Positions 10,117-20,608 of a stretch of DNA of 64,000 nucleotides are shown here, piece after piece. The DNA lies in contig CAYXYP010000002.1 of NCBI GenBank assembly GCA_964469405.1, positions 9,338-73,337 on the forward strand, read 5' to 3'. This DNA comes from an uncultured Candidatus Saccharibacteria bacterium. Its GTDB lineage: Bacteria > Patescibacteriota > Minisyncoccia > Phycocordibacterales > Phycocordibacteraceae. How positions within the stretch are numbered: the stretch's first letter is position 1; the number at the start of each line of letters is the position of its first letter. The position numbers and the translations under genes were made by a program. The notes beneath the pieces are model-generated. The model was not told the origin of the DNA, did no database searches, and saw only the letters and a list, made by a program, of their open reading frames with translations.

Positions 10117-11546
10117 AGTCGAGGAAAGAGATTTGTAGGTTTTTTATTAGACCGTACTGCTTCGATAATGAGGGTCGCGGTGTGCGGCATTGCAGGAGCG
10201 AGATGCATGGCGATACTCGCAAGCTGTCGCACTAGATACTCGATATCGTGACGGGCAGAAACCTGTTCCTCTACGATGAGGCTCTTGATTTTCTTATATG
10301 GCATACGCTCTGTCATGAAGACATCAGCGGCTGAGACTTTCGCAAAGACAAAATCCATTGCTTCGTTGAAATGAAACGTCTCGACAGTATCGAAAAATGA
10401 TTTCTCTATCTTTTCATCACCGTCTTCAAGAACGACCGGCTGCGACAGATGTGTTTCGGCAAGTGTCATCACGCGCGCGACGAGATTCCCCAGACCATTG
10501 GTAAGATGGGCGGTATAGTGTTCATGAATCACTTCGAGTGTAAGGTCCGAATCCTCCCTATGACTCGCGTGGCGCATAAGAACATATCGGAGGGCATCGA
10601 CGCCATATATTTTGACGAGATCCAGGGGATTGATGACATTCCCCAATGATTTGCTCATCTTCTGCCCCCCTGAAGTAATGAACCCGTGTATGAAAATATT
10701 TCGCGAGAATGGAAGGCCTGCCGAGAGAAGCATTGCCTGCCACATAGCTGCCTGCTGGCGCAAATTATCCTTCCCCGCCAACTGTGTCACCGGCCACCAT
10801 TTCAAAAAACGCTGGTTATCCTGCGGCCAGCCAATCGCCGATACATAATTTACAAGCGCATCAAACCAGACATACATAACGTGTTCCGAATCATCGGGAA
10901 CAGGCACCCCCCATGCGAGTTTTTCCCGTCGGCGCGAAATGCTGAAGTCCTTCAATCCTGCCGCAACGAAGGACATGAGTTCGTGCATACGTTCTTCCGG
11001 AATGACAAAGTCCTGCTGTGCCGCATACTGAGCGAGCAATACATCCTGATATTTGGAGAATCTGAAGTAGTAATTTTCTTCTTCGCGAATCTCTATATCC
11101 ACATTAGGATGAAGCGGGCAGCGTCCATCGACAAGCTCCGAGTCGGTCTTCGGAAGCTCGCAACCAACACAATATTTCACTTCATAGATTGCCTTGTAGA
11201 TATCATCCGCCTCGACACATTTCTTCCAGAACATTTGTGCAGCGGCAACATGTAAAGGGTCAGTAGTACGAACAAATGAATCGTAAGAAATATCTAGTTG
11301 GTCAGCGAACGTCTTGAAACGCGCAGCATACTCATCGACATATGCTTGGGGACTCTTCCCTTCTTCCTCTGCCTTCCGTTCAATTTTTGCACCATGTTCA
11401 TCGGTACCAATATTGAGAAAAACTTCGACACCTCTTGCACGTAGAGTGCGCGCAAGAACATCGGCCTCGACAAATTCGAGTGCGTGTCCAAGATGCGGAT
11501 CCGCATTCACATAGGGCAGCGTCGTGGTGAGATAGCGCGCACTCAT
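10113..11546 (-). CDS. metG: Methionyl-tRNA synthetase (short form)
   Basis: HLGH-type motif PHLGHALE, KMSKS motif, and MetRS-like sequence throughout. Confidence 0.9.
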   Translation of the reverse strand: MSARYLTTTLPYVNADPHLGHALEFVEADVLARTLRARGVEVFLNIGTDEHGAKIERKAEEEGKSPQAYVDEYAARFKTFADQLDISYDSFVRTTDPLHVAAAQMFWKKCVEADDIYKAIYEVKYCVGCELPKTDSELVDGRCPLHPNVDIEIREEENYYFRFSKYQDVLLAQYAAQQDFVIPEERMHELMSFVAAGLKDFSISRRREKLAWGVPVPDDSEHVMYVWFDALVNYVSAIGWPQDNQRFLKWWPVTQLAGKDNLRQQAAMWQAMLLSAGLPFSRNIFIHGFITSGGQKMSKSLGNVINPLDLVKIYGVDALRYVLMRHASHREDSDLTLEVIHEHYTAHLTNGLGNLVARVMTLAETHLSQPVVLEDGDEKIEKSFFDTVETFHFNEAMDFVFAKVSAADVFMTERMPYKKIKSLIVEEQVSARHDIEYLVRQLASIAMHLAPAMPHTATLIIEAVRSNKKPTNLFPRL

Positions 11547-11554
11547 ACAAAAAT

Positions 11555-12613
11555 CTAAGATTGTCCGGATAGACGACGCTTCTTCTTGTCGAAATCCGAG
11601 ATGAATTCAAGAGCTACTGCTGCAACTGGAACCGAAAGCATGGCGCCCAAGAAACCAGCAAGAGTATAGCCTGCGATAAGAGCGACGATGACCAAGAGTG
11701 GCGGAACACCGACAATTTTTTTTACGATGAGCGGGTAGATGAGATTTGCTTCGAATTGATTAACAACAACGTAGAGACCGAGAACAATCGCTGCGAGCGA
11801 GATTCCGCCATCAGAATATCCAACCGTGACCGCTATCGCTCCCGCTATCAAAGACCCGAAGATGGGGATGATTTCCGCAAGTGCGGTAAAAACAGATATA
11901 AGAAGCGCGTATGGAATGCCTATGATAAGAAGTCCGAGATACACGAGTATGGCGACGATTACAGAAAGAAGTATTTGCCCTTGCATCCAGAGCCCTATTT
12001 TCTTCTGCGAGCGCTTCCAGAGATCGACAGCATATTCCTCATGCTCAGCCGGCATCACCAGACGAAGAAAGTCGTCAACGCCCGTATCTTGGAGCGCGAA
12101 GTAGAAAGAGAGTGTGATGACCAAAACAAGAGAGAAGATACCACCGAAAAAAGTAACGAAGAGCTGCAATACACCGCCCGAGCTCGCTGCGAAAACAGAC
12201 TGGAACGAGAGGAGCGTTTGCATAAATGATTGCATCCCCGATTGCCCGTTCACAAAACCTGTCGCTTGTGCGATGTTCGATAATGAAGTGGGAACATTTA
12301 TGATATCGAGATACCGCGGCATTGCGGAGAGGAAATTCGTCGCATCAGCGATAATCGGCGGGAAAAAGAAATACAGGAGACAGAAGACAGACCCGAAAAC
12401 GAGTACGTAGACTAGCAGCGCGGCAGCAAAGCGCGGTATGTTCTGCCGGATGAAAAATGCGATTTGAGGCTCTATGGCCGATGCGATGACAATCGCGGTC
12501 AGCACAAGGAGCACAAGATCCCAAAGCAGCCAGAATACATATGCCCCAGCGACGATGAATAGCGTAGCGAGGATTGTGCCCGGCGTGATGGAAACGCGGA
12601 TTTCCTTACCCAT
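11555..12613 (-). CDS. AI-2E family transporter (PerM/UPF0118)
   Basis: 352 aa, polytopic membrane protein with a typical AI-2E family profile. Confidence 0.8.
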   Translation of the reverse strand: MGKEIRVSITPGTILATLFIVAGAYVFWLLWDLVLLVLTAIVIASAIEPQIAFFIRQNIPRFAAALLVYVLVFGSVFCLLYFFFPPIIADATNFLSAMPRYLDIINVPTSLSNIAQATGFVNGQSGMQSFMQTLLSFQSVFAASSGGVLQLFVTFFGGIFSLVLVITLSFYFALQDTGVDDFLRLVMPAEHEEYAVDLWKRSQKKIGLWMQGQILLSVIVAILVYLGLLIIGIPYALLISVFTALAEIIPIFGSLIAGAIAVTVGYSDGGISLAAIVLGLYVVVNQFEANLIYPLIVKKIVGVPPLLVIVALIAGYTLAGFLGAMLSVPVAAVALEFISDFDKKKRRLSGQS

Positions 12614-12718
12614 ACGGGCATCGTAACATACGATACTTCATCTGTGACACATCGTTACCCTCAAATCAGCGAATTCGCCTACAGAGCTACTGGCTGAGCC
12701 CCATAATAAGCAAGTCTT

Positions 12719-14044
12719 CTATTGGATTGCAGAGCGTATACGCTCTGCAACTTCGGAGATAGTGAGACGTTCCTGCTCGCCAGTATCGCGATGACGCAGA
12801 GTGACTGTATCTTTGAGCTCTGGTGTTTCGCCAAGAGTATCGAAATCGACCGTAACGCAGAATGGCGTACCGATTTCGTCTTGACGACGATAACGCTTGC
12901 CAATATTGCCATTGTCATCCCAGGCGATTGCTGAATGTACTTTCTTAAGCTCTGCGCGCACTTCGCGAGCCTTTGCAACGAGCTCTGGTTTGTTTTTCAA
13001 CAGAGGAGAGACCAGTGCTTTCACTGGCGCTATACGCGGAGCGAGCGCGAGATACGTACGTACTTCCCCACCTATATCATCTTCGCGATACGCACTCGCA
13101 AGTACTGCGAGCACAGTGCGATCAACACCCAACGACGGCTCGATGACATGCGGAATGAATTTTTCTTTCGTCTCTTCATTAAGATACGAGAGCTCAATGT
13201 TAGTTGCGCGCGAGTGAACAGCAAGATCAAAATCGCCACGATATGCGAGACCCCAGAGCTCCTTGCGGCCAAATGGATAGTCGAATTCAAAATCGATAGT
13301 GCGCTTACTGTAGTGCGCACGGTCGGCATCAGAGACCTCCAACTCATGCACCATGCCCTGGGGTAGTCCGAGCGACTCAGCAAAGAGATGCATCGTCTTC
13401 CGCCATTCCTCAAATGCCGATTCCCAGATAGAAGGATGTACAAAATATTCCACCTCCATTTGTGAGAGTTCACGCAAGCGGAAAATAAAGTCACGTGGTG
13501 CAATCTCATTACGGAATGCCTTCCCTATCTGCGCAATACCGAACGGAAGTTTCGGATGGAGTGAGTCAACAACATGTTTAAAGTTCGTAAAAATACCGCC
13601 GGCGGTTTCAGGTCGTAGATACACAACTGCCGAAGTGTCTTCGGTGGAGCCCGCATGCGTTTTAAACATCATATTAAATTGCCGAACATCACCTAACGAC
13701 CCCTTACATTCGGGGCACTTCTTTGAACCATCAAGGTGATCCGCACGGAAACGTCTTTTGCACTCCTCACATTCAACAAGAGGATCGGAGAACCCGGAGA
13801 CGTGTCCACTCGCTTCCCACACTTTCGGATTCATCAGAATTGTCGCATCGACGCCATATATATCATCGCGATCATCGCGGAACATTTGCAACCAAAGATG
13901 CTCTACATTTTCTTTAAGGACAACCCCTAGAGGTCCGTAGTCAAAAGTGCCAGCAAGCCCGCCATAAATCTCGGAGCCGGGAAAAATGAACCCGCGACGC
14001 TTCGCAAGAGAGATAATCTTTTCCATCAGATTTTGATCAGCCAT
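12719..14044 (-). CDS. glyQS: Glycyl-tRNA synthetase, alpha2 (eukaryote/archaeal-like) type
   Basis: MADQNLMEKIISLAKRRGFIFPGSEIYGG class II GlyRS N-terminus. The ORF extends to 14083; the internal Met at 14044 is the likelier start. Confidence 0.9.
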   Translation of the reverse strand: MADQNLMEKIISLAKRRGFIFPGSEIYGGLAGTFDYGPLGVVLKENVEHLWLQMFRDDRDDIYGVDATILMNPKVWEASGHVSGFSDPLVECEECKRRFRADHLDGSKKCPECKGSLGDVRQFNMMFKTHAGSTEDTSAVVYLRPETAGGIFTNFKHVVDSLHPKLPFGIAQIGKAFRNEIAPRDFIFRLRELSQMEVEYFVHPSIWESAFEEWRKTMHLFAESLGLPQGMVHELEVSDADRAHYSKRTIDFEFDYPFGRKELWGLAYRGDFDLAVHSRATNIELSYLNEETKEKFIPHVIEPSLGVDRTVLAVLASAYREDDIGGEVRTYLALAPRIAPVKALVSPLLKNKPELVAKAREVRAELKKVHSAIAWDDNGNIGKRYRRQDEIGTPFCVTVDFDTLGETPELKDTVTLRHRDTGEQERLTISEVAERIRSAIQ

Positions 14045-14054
14045 AGGGGTGGAA

Positions 14055-15953
14055 TTATTGCACAATTGCGTTTGCAGCGACATACCCCGGATCTCCTTTC
14101 GTTTCGGTTGTCGCTGGATCTGCCGTCGCGGTGACCGTCACACCCGCGAAGCGATCATAGCCCGAGAAAGATACCGCCCCCGTAAGAGCTGGTACGCTAC
14201 CCTTCTGCGAAGAAGAAGGAGTAAGAGAAACTTGAAACGCACCCTGCACTGAAGATCCTTGAGCAAGATCGCCCGTATTCCACGAGACGGTGTGCGATGA
14301 CGTATCGTACGAGAAAGATCCGGCACCAGAAGTCGCTCCCGTATAGGCGACGTAGCCCGGCAAGGTCGCACTAGCGGAACCACCAGCAACCGCACTTCCT
14401 TTATTTTGCAGGTTCCAGACAATGGTGTAAGTCGTCGGTGTGTTAGCGCGTGGAGGAACAGGACCACTGGTACTCAAAGATCCCGAACTATGAAGCGATG
14501 AGGCACCTAGCGCAACTGTCGTTGCGACTTTTGCAGTCTTGGTTACAGAAGAACTTATCTGTTCTGGTACATTCGTCTGTCCCACGCGCGTACCCGATAC
14601 GGAAATCGTGAACATTATTGTCGGAGCAGAAACGAAAGTACTGAGTGGCAATGTCGAAAAAGTGAACGCTCCGATACCAGAAGCACCAGGTGCCAGCATC
14701 GCGAGAACCGAATCACTATCCCTGCTAAACACAATCGTGTGGTCAGCAGACCGATAGAACCCACTCTGGGCACGAATGCTTTCGTAATCAACAGCCGTGC
14801 CCGAAATTGCGATTTCAACTGTCGCGTTTGTAATACTCGTAGAAAGAGTATTGGCATAAGAAATCGTGACGTTCTGATTGCTTCCGGGAGAAACAACTGC
14901 ATTTTCTCTTGTGTCACCATTGATTGCGATACTCGTATTGATAAAGGGCGCCGTAATCGCAATCGTCGATTCTTGAGTCATATAGGAGACGGCGAGCGTA
15001 TGGTCTTTCGCAGACTTCGCAGTCCCAATAGTGAAGTGGAAGACTCGTTGTTCTTTGTCCTGTCCCACAAGCGTGCCGGTAAGCGTTATCGTCTTCTGTG
15101 CGCCAGGCAACATAGTGCCGATAAAGAAACTTGAGTTACTGAGAGGGATCGATGATGAAACTACCGAAAACCCGAAAGGGAACGCCCCCGTAAGGACCAC
15201 GTCCGGAAGTGGTGTTGTTGCATTCGAACGAAGCAGGAGAGTAAGCGTGATTGGTTTGCCTGACACAGTTTCGGCGAGAGTATCAACCGAGAGCGAGAGC
15301 GGGGTTGAAGAGATCGTAAGTCCATAGGAAGATTTTTTCACGAAGACAGCATTTGAACCAAGCGTACTGTAGGAAAGAGATGTAGGTAGGGCGAGACTCT
15401 GCCCCTCCCGACCGAACATAATCGCTTTCACTGAGCGAGTCACTGTCGCACCACTCGCGAGCGTACCAAGATTCTCGACATACCGCGGATACGCACTCAA
15501 GACATCAGTCGCGTTCCTTGTACCATTCGGAAAATCAATCTCGATGGTCGCATTTTCTATCGCAACCGAGTTCTTATTTGTAATAGTGAGCAAGAGTGGG
15601 ACCGTATCGCCGCCAGCGATTGTTGTTGGGCCCTGGATATCGGTGATAATTTTATCTACCGACACTGAATTGCCCCCAAAATAGAAGAAGTAGGCAACGC
15701 CACCAAGTGAAACGAGGAAGAAAAGGAGTGCGACTATAAAAAATATTCCCGCGAAATGTACTTGCTGTCGACCACGATGCGGAAGAGGAGTGTCTGGAAG
15801 TGGAACTTCTTCCCAAGCATGAGGCAGAGACCTCGTATCAGAGTCGGCCAGTGGCGCTCGCATATTTTGCACGGGGGCACCGGGAACGTAGAGGCGTGCG
15901 CGTGCACGCTCAAGCGAGCCAGTATCATCATCTTCGGGGCGAGGTAGCATCAC
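14055..15953 (-). CDS. Large membrane-anchored extracellular Ser/Thr-rich repeat protein
   Basis: 632 aa with a single N-terminal TM helix, then repetitive beta-rich Ser/Thr-rich modules. Confidence 0.7.
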   Translation of the reverse strand: MMLPRPEDDDTGSLERARARLYVPGAPVQNMRAPLADSDTRSLPHAWEEVPLPDTPLPHRGRQQVHFAGIFFIVALLFFLVSLGGVAYFFYFGGNSVSVDKIITDIQGPTTIAGGDTVPLLLTITNKNSVAIENATIEIDFPNGTRNATDVLSAYPRYVENLGTLASGATVTRSVKAIMFGREGQSLALPTSLSYSTLGSNAVFVKKSSYGLTISSTPLSLSVDTLAETVSGKPITLTLLLRSNATTPLPDVVLTGAFPFGFSVVSSSIPLSNSSFFIGTMLPGAQKTITLTGTLVGQDKEQRVFHFTIGTAKSAKDHTLAVSYMTQESTIAITAPFINTSIAINGDTRENAVVSPGSNQNVTISYANTLSTSITNATVEIAISGTAVDYESIRAQSGFYRSADHTIVFSRDSDSVLAMLAPGASGIGAFTFSTLPLSTFVSAPTIMFTISVSGTRVGQTNVPEQISSSVTKTAKVATTVALGASSLHSSGSLSTSGPVPPRANTPTTYTIVWNLQNKGSAVAGGSASATLPGYVAYTGATSGAGSFSYDTSSHTVSWNTGDLAQGSSVQGAFQVSLTPSSSQKGSVPALTGAVSFSGYDRFAGVTVTATADPATTETKGDPGYVAANAIVQ

Positions 15954-15963
15954 ACGTAGTATA

Positions 15964-16533
15964 TCAAAGACCCGAAGCTGTAATGCCGCGATTGATACGT
16001 GCTATATACCGTATGCGCTCAGCCTCGACCGAAACAAGGAGCGGTGCGGTAAATAGGGATGAGTTACCTGGAATCTCGCCTGCATCAAGTCCGAGGGCCG
16101 CGAGCGTACGAAGAGCCGCGAGCATTTCAGCGGCTTCGTGCGCAGTGTCAGGAAGCAGAACGAGCGCTTCAAAGAAGCCTCTGATAATCGGAAAAAGTTC
16201 GGGATTATGTTCCTCTCCAGCGACAAGCCGCAGCAAGAGACCCGAGACACGTGCCGCTCGCCGGCGCGATCCAGACTGATCCATTTTCGTGAACCACGCC
16301 TCTTCAAGCACCGCTCCAACAACACGCCACCCTTCTTTCCCTCGTACAAGTACCACATCACTCTCTGCGAGAGTTACGAGTGCGGCAGCGAGTTTCGCGC
16401 CGGGACGGCGCAAACCTTGTGCACGAGCACGCACGATACCAAGCCCGGGAGTGAGGAGTGTTACAAATGCGTTCGCCTCTCCAACAGAAGTCCGGGAGAG
16501 CACAATGCCGCGCGTCTCGTATTTATGCCGCAT
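15964..16533 (-). CDS. recO: DNA repair protein RecO
   Basis: MRHKYETRGIVLSRTSVGEANAFVTLLTPGLGIV RecO N-terminal OB-fold. The ORF extends to 16683 but the internal Met gives an 11-nt overlap with the ileS stop. Confidence 0.8.
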   Translation of the reverse strand: MRHKYETRGIVLSRTSVGEANAFVTLLTPGLGIVRARAQGLRRPGAKLAAALVTLAESDVVLVRGKEGWRVVGAVLEEAWFTKMDQSGSRRRAARVSGLLLRLVAGEEHNPELFPIIRGFFEALVLLPDTAHEAAEMLAALRTLAALGLDAGEIPGNSSLFTAPLLVSVEAERIRYIARINRGITASGL

Positions 16534-19321
16534 CGCGAATAAGATTAAACCGCACGATGCCGGTCGAGAGTTGTATGGAGTGCTTCCCTTCTGAAGAAAT
16601 TTCCGTACGGGCCTTATCTCTCGGAGAAAATCCCTCGGTCTTACGCGCTTCAGCGACCGCGCGAGCAAGATCACGCTCATCACCTTCGATAATGAGTTCG
16701 GGCGTAAGTACAGTATCGAGTGCGAGTTCTTTCCCTGTAACTATTTTTTTGACATTCACTTCTTCAACAAGAATTTGCGAGAGTTCCGGAGAAAGCATGT
16801 CCGGTACCGCGAGAGATGCAAGTGGCTGACGCACTTTAATGCCTGCTTTTTGTCTGAGTTGTAATGCCTCCGATGCGAGAGTGCGTATTCGCGCCATTTC
16901 ATCGATGAGTCTAGCGCCTTCCCCTCGAGTAAACATATTCATGATGCTGAACGATTTTTTTGATTCTATCCAATCGGCGAGATGCACGCTTTGTGGATCG
17001 TCTGTAATACGGGTACTCTGGAAAACTTCTTCTGCTATAAAGGGCATCGCTGGTGCCATAACAATAGAAAGAGTATGGAGTACATACCGAAGCGTAGCGA
17101 GTGCTTCAGTCTTCTCTTTTCCCTCTTCTTTAAACCGGTCGCGCGAGCGGCGCAGGTACCACACTGACAAATCATCTATGAATGCCGCGAGCGGCCGAGT
17201 CGCTGTATCCAACTCATATTTCTCGTATCCATTTGTTGTTTCGTTTATCAACTCCTTGAGTCGGGCGAGAATCCATTGATCAAGGATATTTGTACTCCTA
17301 TCCGCCCGATCTGTTTTGTCTTCATATAGCTTATAAAATGAGAGCACGTTATTTAGACGCCCAATATTTTTCTTCGCCATTTCGTCAACACCAGCCTCCA
17401 AGAAGCTCAAGTTTTCTGCCTCCATGACAGGTGACGAAAGCAAGTAGAGACGGAGCGCATCGGCACCGTACTTCTCTACTATATTCATTGGGTCAGGGTA
17501 ATTCTGAAGCCTCTTGGACATTTTCTTCCCATCCTCGGCCAACATAGTGCCATTGACAACAACATTCTGAAAAGTGTTTTTATTGAAAAGTGCGGCGCCA
17601 AGAACATGCAGATAGTAGAACCATGCGCGTGTCTGATCTATCCCCTCGGCAATAAACTGCGCAGGAAATGCAGCTTCGAACTGTTCCTTATGTTCAAAAG
17701 GATAGTGTTTTTCGCCATACGGCATTGAGCCCGAATCAAACCAGGTATCGAGCACATCGGGAATGCGACGCATCTCTCCGCCGCATTGGCACGGCACAAC
17801 AATTTCATCGACAATATGCTTATGCAGGTCGTCGACCTTCTTCCCGCTGGCCGCCTCGAGCTCCACGGCACTCCCAAAAACCTTCTGCTTCTTGCATGTA
17901 CCGCAGACCCACAGAGGGATGACGCTTGCCCAGAAACGCTGACGAGAAATCGACCAGTCACGTGCTCCCTCAAGCCACTTACCGAATCTTCCCTCTTTTA
18001 TGTGCTCCGGTGACCAATTGATATTCTCTGCGTTCTTGAGCAGATCTTCTTTAATTTTCGTCACGGATACGAACCACGAGGTCGTCGCATAATTAAGAAG
18101 TGGTGTATCGCATCGCCAACAATGAGGATATGCATGAACAATATTTTCTTTTGAAAAGAATGTGCCGTTATCCTGAAGGTATTCCAGTATCGCGATGTCT
18201 GTTCCAAGTCGGACTTTGTCATCATCCGATCGTGGCTTGGCCTCCATACCTATAAAATCTTTTACCTCTGACTTGAAAATACCATCCATACCCACATGCT
18301 GAATAAATGGAAGATTTTCTTTCTTCCCGAGCGCCATGTCATCTTCTCCAAACGCAGGAGCGATATGTACGATTCCCGTACCAGAGTCAGAAGTTACGAA
18401 ATCCGCCGCATACATTTTCCATCCGTTTTTGTGATTTTTGAGCGTTGTATCTTTGATGTAATAATCGAAAGGAGGTTTGTATGCTCTTCCGACAAGATAT
18501 TTGCCTGGAAATTCTTCGATAATTTCCCCTGGAAATTTATGCAGGGAGGTCTTCGCTGCAATATACAATTCTCCAGCCCATTTAAATTTTGCATAGACCG
18601 CTTCCGGATTGACTGCTGCGGCAACATTTCCCGGTAGAGTCCATGGCGTCGTCGTCCACGCGATCATAAAAGTTCCTGGCTCGTCGACAAGTTCAAACTT
18701 CACCGTTACAGAAATATCCTTTACCTCCTTATACCCTTCCGCGACTTCTTGCTGCGACAATGTCGTCTCGCAACGCGGGCAAATATGCATCGAACGGTAG
18801 TCCTCGTACACGAGACCCTTATCGTAGATTTGCTTGAATACCCACCACACGGATTCCATGAATGGTTTGTCCATGGTGCGGTACGCATGTTCCATATCCA
18901 CCCAGCGACCAATGCGTGGAATTATTTTCTCCCACTCCTGCGCGTATGTAAGAACCCGTTCTCGACAGCGCTCGTTGAACTTCGCGATCCCGTATTCTTT
19001 TATGTCTTTTTTATGCTTGAACCCTAGCTCTTTCTCTACAATATTTTCTATAGGCAAGCCATGGCAGTCCCATCCCCAAACTCGCGGCACATGGTAGCCC
19101 CGCATAGTCCAGTAACGCGGTACTGCGTCTTTAATGACACTCGCGACGATATGGCCATAGTGCGGAAGTCCAGTCGCAAATGGTGGACCATCATAGAAAA
19201 CGAAATCGCCTTTGGGGGATTCCTTAGCCAGTGATTTCTCAAAAATGCGTTCACGCTCCCAAAAAGCAAGTATCGCTTCCTCGCGTTTCGCAGCTTCTGA
19301 TTTCTCGATACCATCCCCCAT
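16523..19321 (-). CDS. ileS: Isoleucyl-tRNA synthetase
   Basis: 932 aa; HYGH motif PHYGHIV and KMSKS motif KMSKRL; type-2-like IleRS. Confidence 0.95.
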   Translation of the reverse strand: MGDGIEKSEAAKREEAILAFWERERIFEKSLAKESPKGDFVFYDGPPFATGLPHYGHIVASVIKDAVPRYWTMRGYHVPRVWGWDCHGLPIENIVEKELGFKHKKDIKEYGIAKFNERCRERVLTYAQEWEKIIPRIGRWVDMEHAYRTMDKPFMESVWWVFKQIYDKGLVYEDYRSMHICPRCETTLSQQEVAEGYKEVKDISVTVKFELVDEPGTFMIAWTTTPWTLPGNVAAAVNPEAVYAKFKWAGELYIAAKTSLHKFPGEIIEEFPGKYLVGRAYKPPFDYYIKDTTLKNHKNGWKMYAADFVTSDSGTGIVHIAPAFGEDDMALGKKENLPFIQHVGMDGIFKSEVKDFIGMEAKPRSDDDKVRLGTDIAILEYLQDNGTFFSKENIVHAYPHCWRCDTPLLNYATTSWFVSVTKIKEDLLKNAENINWSPEHIKEGRFGKWLEGARDWSISRQRFWASVIPLWVCGTCKKQKVFGSAVELEAASGKKVDDLHKHIVDEIVVPCQCGGEMRRIPDVLDTWFDSGSMPYGEKHYPFEHKEQFEAAFPAQFIAEGIDQTRAWFYYLHVLGAALFNKNTFQNVVVNGTMLAEDGKKMSKRLQNYPDPMNIVEKYGADALRLYLLSSPVMEAENLSFLEAGVDEMAKKNIGRLNNVLSFYKLYEDKTDRADRSTNILDQWILARLKELINETTNGYEKYELDTATRPLAAFIDDLSVWYLRRSRDRFKEEGKEKTEALATLRYVLHTLSIVMAPAMPFIAEEVFQSTRITDDPQSVHLADWIESKKSFSIMNMFTRGEGARLIDEMARIRTLASEALQLRQKAGIKVRQPLASLAVPDMLSPELSQILVEEVNVKKIVTGKELALDTVLTPELIIEGDERDLARAVAEARKTEGFSPRDKARTEISSEGKHSIQLSTGIVRFNLIRDAA

Positions 19322-19358
19322 AATTCCTCTATCCTAGCGTTTGCAGGGCAAAAAAGGA

Positions 19359-19391
19359 AACGACTGCAAGGAAAGGATCCTTGCAGTCGTT
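19359..19391 (-). terminator. Hairpin with T-run on the minus strand immediately upstream of the ileS RBS
   Basis: 13-bp stem AACGACTGCAAGG/CCTTGCAGTCGTT with a 7-nt loop, followed on the minus strand by TCCTTTTTT. Confidence 0.5.
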
Positions 19392-19407
19392 ATTGAGACC
19401 GAATAGC

Positions 19408-19737
19408 CTATGCGGCTGGGGAAGACAGTCGGGTAAGCTCCCTCGATCTCAAACTTGAGACTGAACTTCGCAATATCATAAATTGTTTATCCGGACTCTT
19501 GCTTGCCAACATCTTGTCAGCAAGAGAGAGGACACATTCCGGAATCTCGTAACCTTCCGGAACGGGCTTTCCAGATACGAAAGCGCCGAAACTCTTAAGT
19601 TCTTCTACCATGTTAAATGGTGGTGGCACTCTTGCGCACCTAGAGTCTCTCGCAACAGCGAAAAACGCCCCCATCGTAGAACAACTTAATCTTATGGCCT
19701 CCTCCACACGACGGGCGGTTGTCTGACCGTTTGACAT
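19408..19737 (-). CDS. Hypothetical small protein
   Basis: 109 aa with a good SD (GAGGGGGT) upstream; no recognisable domain. Confidence 0.35.
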   Translation of the reverse strand: MSNGQTTARRVEEAIRLSCSTMGAFFAVARDSRCARVPPPFNMVEELKSFGAFVSGKPVPEGYEIPECVLSLADKMLASKSPDKQFMILRSSVSSLRSRELTRLSSPAA

Positions 19738-19881
19738 ACTGAGACCCCCTCTCTAATCGAACCGTACGGAATTGTGCAGTCCGTGGAAAACTTTATCGCA
19801 GAGAATGACTCTGTGCAACTTACATTTGCTTCGGGGTGGGGATACCGATTTCAAAAAGACAGCTCACCACTGATGATGAAT

Positions 19882-20601
19882 TTACTTGAACGTAAAGTGC
19901 TTCAATTCGTATATAGTATCTTTTCTCTCAACAATGATGGTCCATTTTTTCTTTTTTGCATGCTGTGCCAGTTTTTTGTTCGGATTGAACGCAATAGGAC
20001 GCCCCACCATTTCAAGAAAACAAATATCCCCTTCAGTATCTCCTACACCAACCGAATTTTGCCAATCAACAAGCATATTTTCTTCTTTAACAAAAGCCCG
20101 CAATAGACTGTCTTTGTTATACAAAGACGTAAAATCAATGTCCTTCCCAGTGAAAATTCCTTCTTTTACTTCGGCATGAGAACCAAATGAAGCATCAAAG
20201 TTAAACTGTTTGCAAAACATTCTTACTATGTCATCGAGTGATCCCGAGATCGCAATTGTATAATATCCTTCCTTTTTTAATCGATGAATTAGATCCCTAG
20301 TGAAGCGGTATACTTTGTTTTTTTGAGTCGAAATTATTTCTTTCGCAATAGCATCAATATCTGTTTTTTTCTTTCCTTTGATATATTTTGTATATAACTG
20401 TATGACTTCATCCCTATACCGATTAAATTCCCCTGTTCTGTGAAACCACGGGAGATAATATTTTTCTATTTCCTTTTCAGCTTTCTTGGGAAATATGCCA
20501 CGATTGACCAAAGCATGAAAGAGTTCAAAAAATAAAGCGGAACGGAAGATCGTGCCATCGATATCGAATACAGCCAATCTAATTTTTTTAGCTTTTTTCA
20601 T
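19882..20601 (-). CDS. HAD-superfamily hydrolase (phosphatase)
   Basis: Motif I AVFDIDGTIF and motif IV GDTEGD. Markedly AT-rich compared with its neighbours. The likely start is MKKAKK at 20601. Confidence 0.75.
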   Translation of the reverse strand: MKKAKKIRLAVFDIDGTIFRSALFFELFHALVNRGIFPKKAEKEIEKYYLPWFHRTGEFNRYRDEVIQLYTKYIKGKKKTDIDAIAKEIISTQKNKVYRFTRDLIHRLKKEGYYTIAISGSLDDIVRMFCKQFNFDASFGSHAEVKEGIFTGKDIDFTSLYNKDSLLRAFVKEENMLVDWQNSVGVGDTEGDICFLEMVGRPIAFNPNKKLAQHAKKKKWTIIVERKDTIYELKHFTFK

Positions 20602-20608
20602 ACGGAAA

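Noticed and set aside
16002-16594. Several 100-160-aa ORFs in alternative frames over recO and the ileS 3' end
   Set aside because: They overlap well-supported genes in other frames; Arg/Ser-rich translations are typical of GC-rich out-of-frame reads
19392-19740. T-box riboswitch leader upstream of ileS
   Set aside because: I searched the minus strand for the conserved T-box sequence (AGGGTGGNACCGCG) next to the terminator hairpin and did not find it. The region instead has a plausible SD-preceded small ORF.
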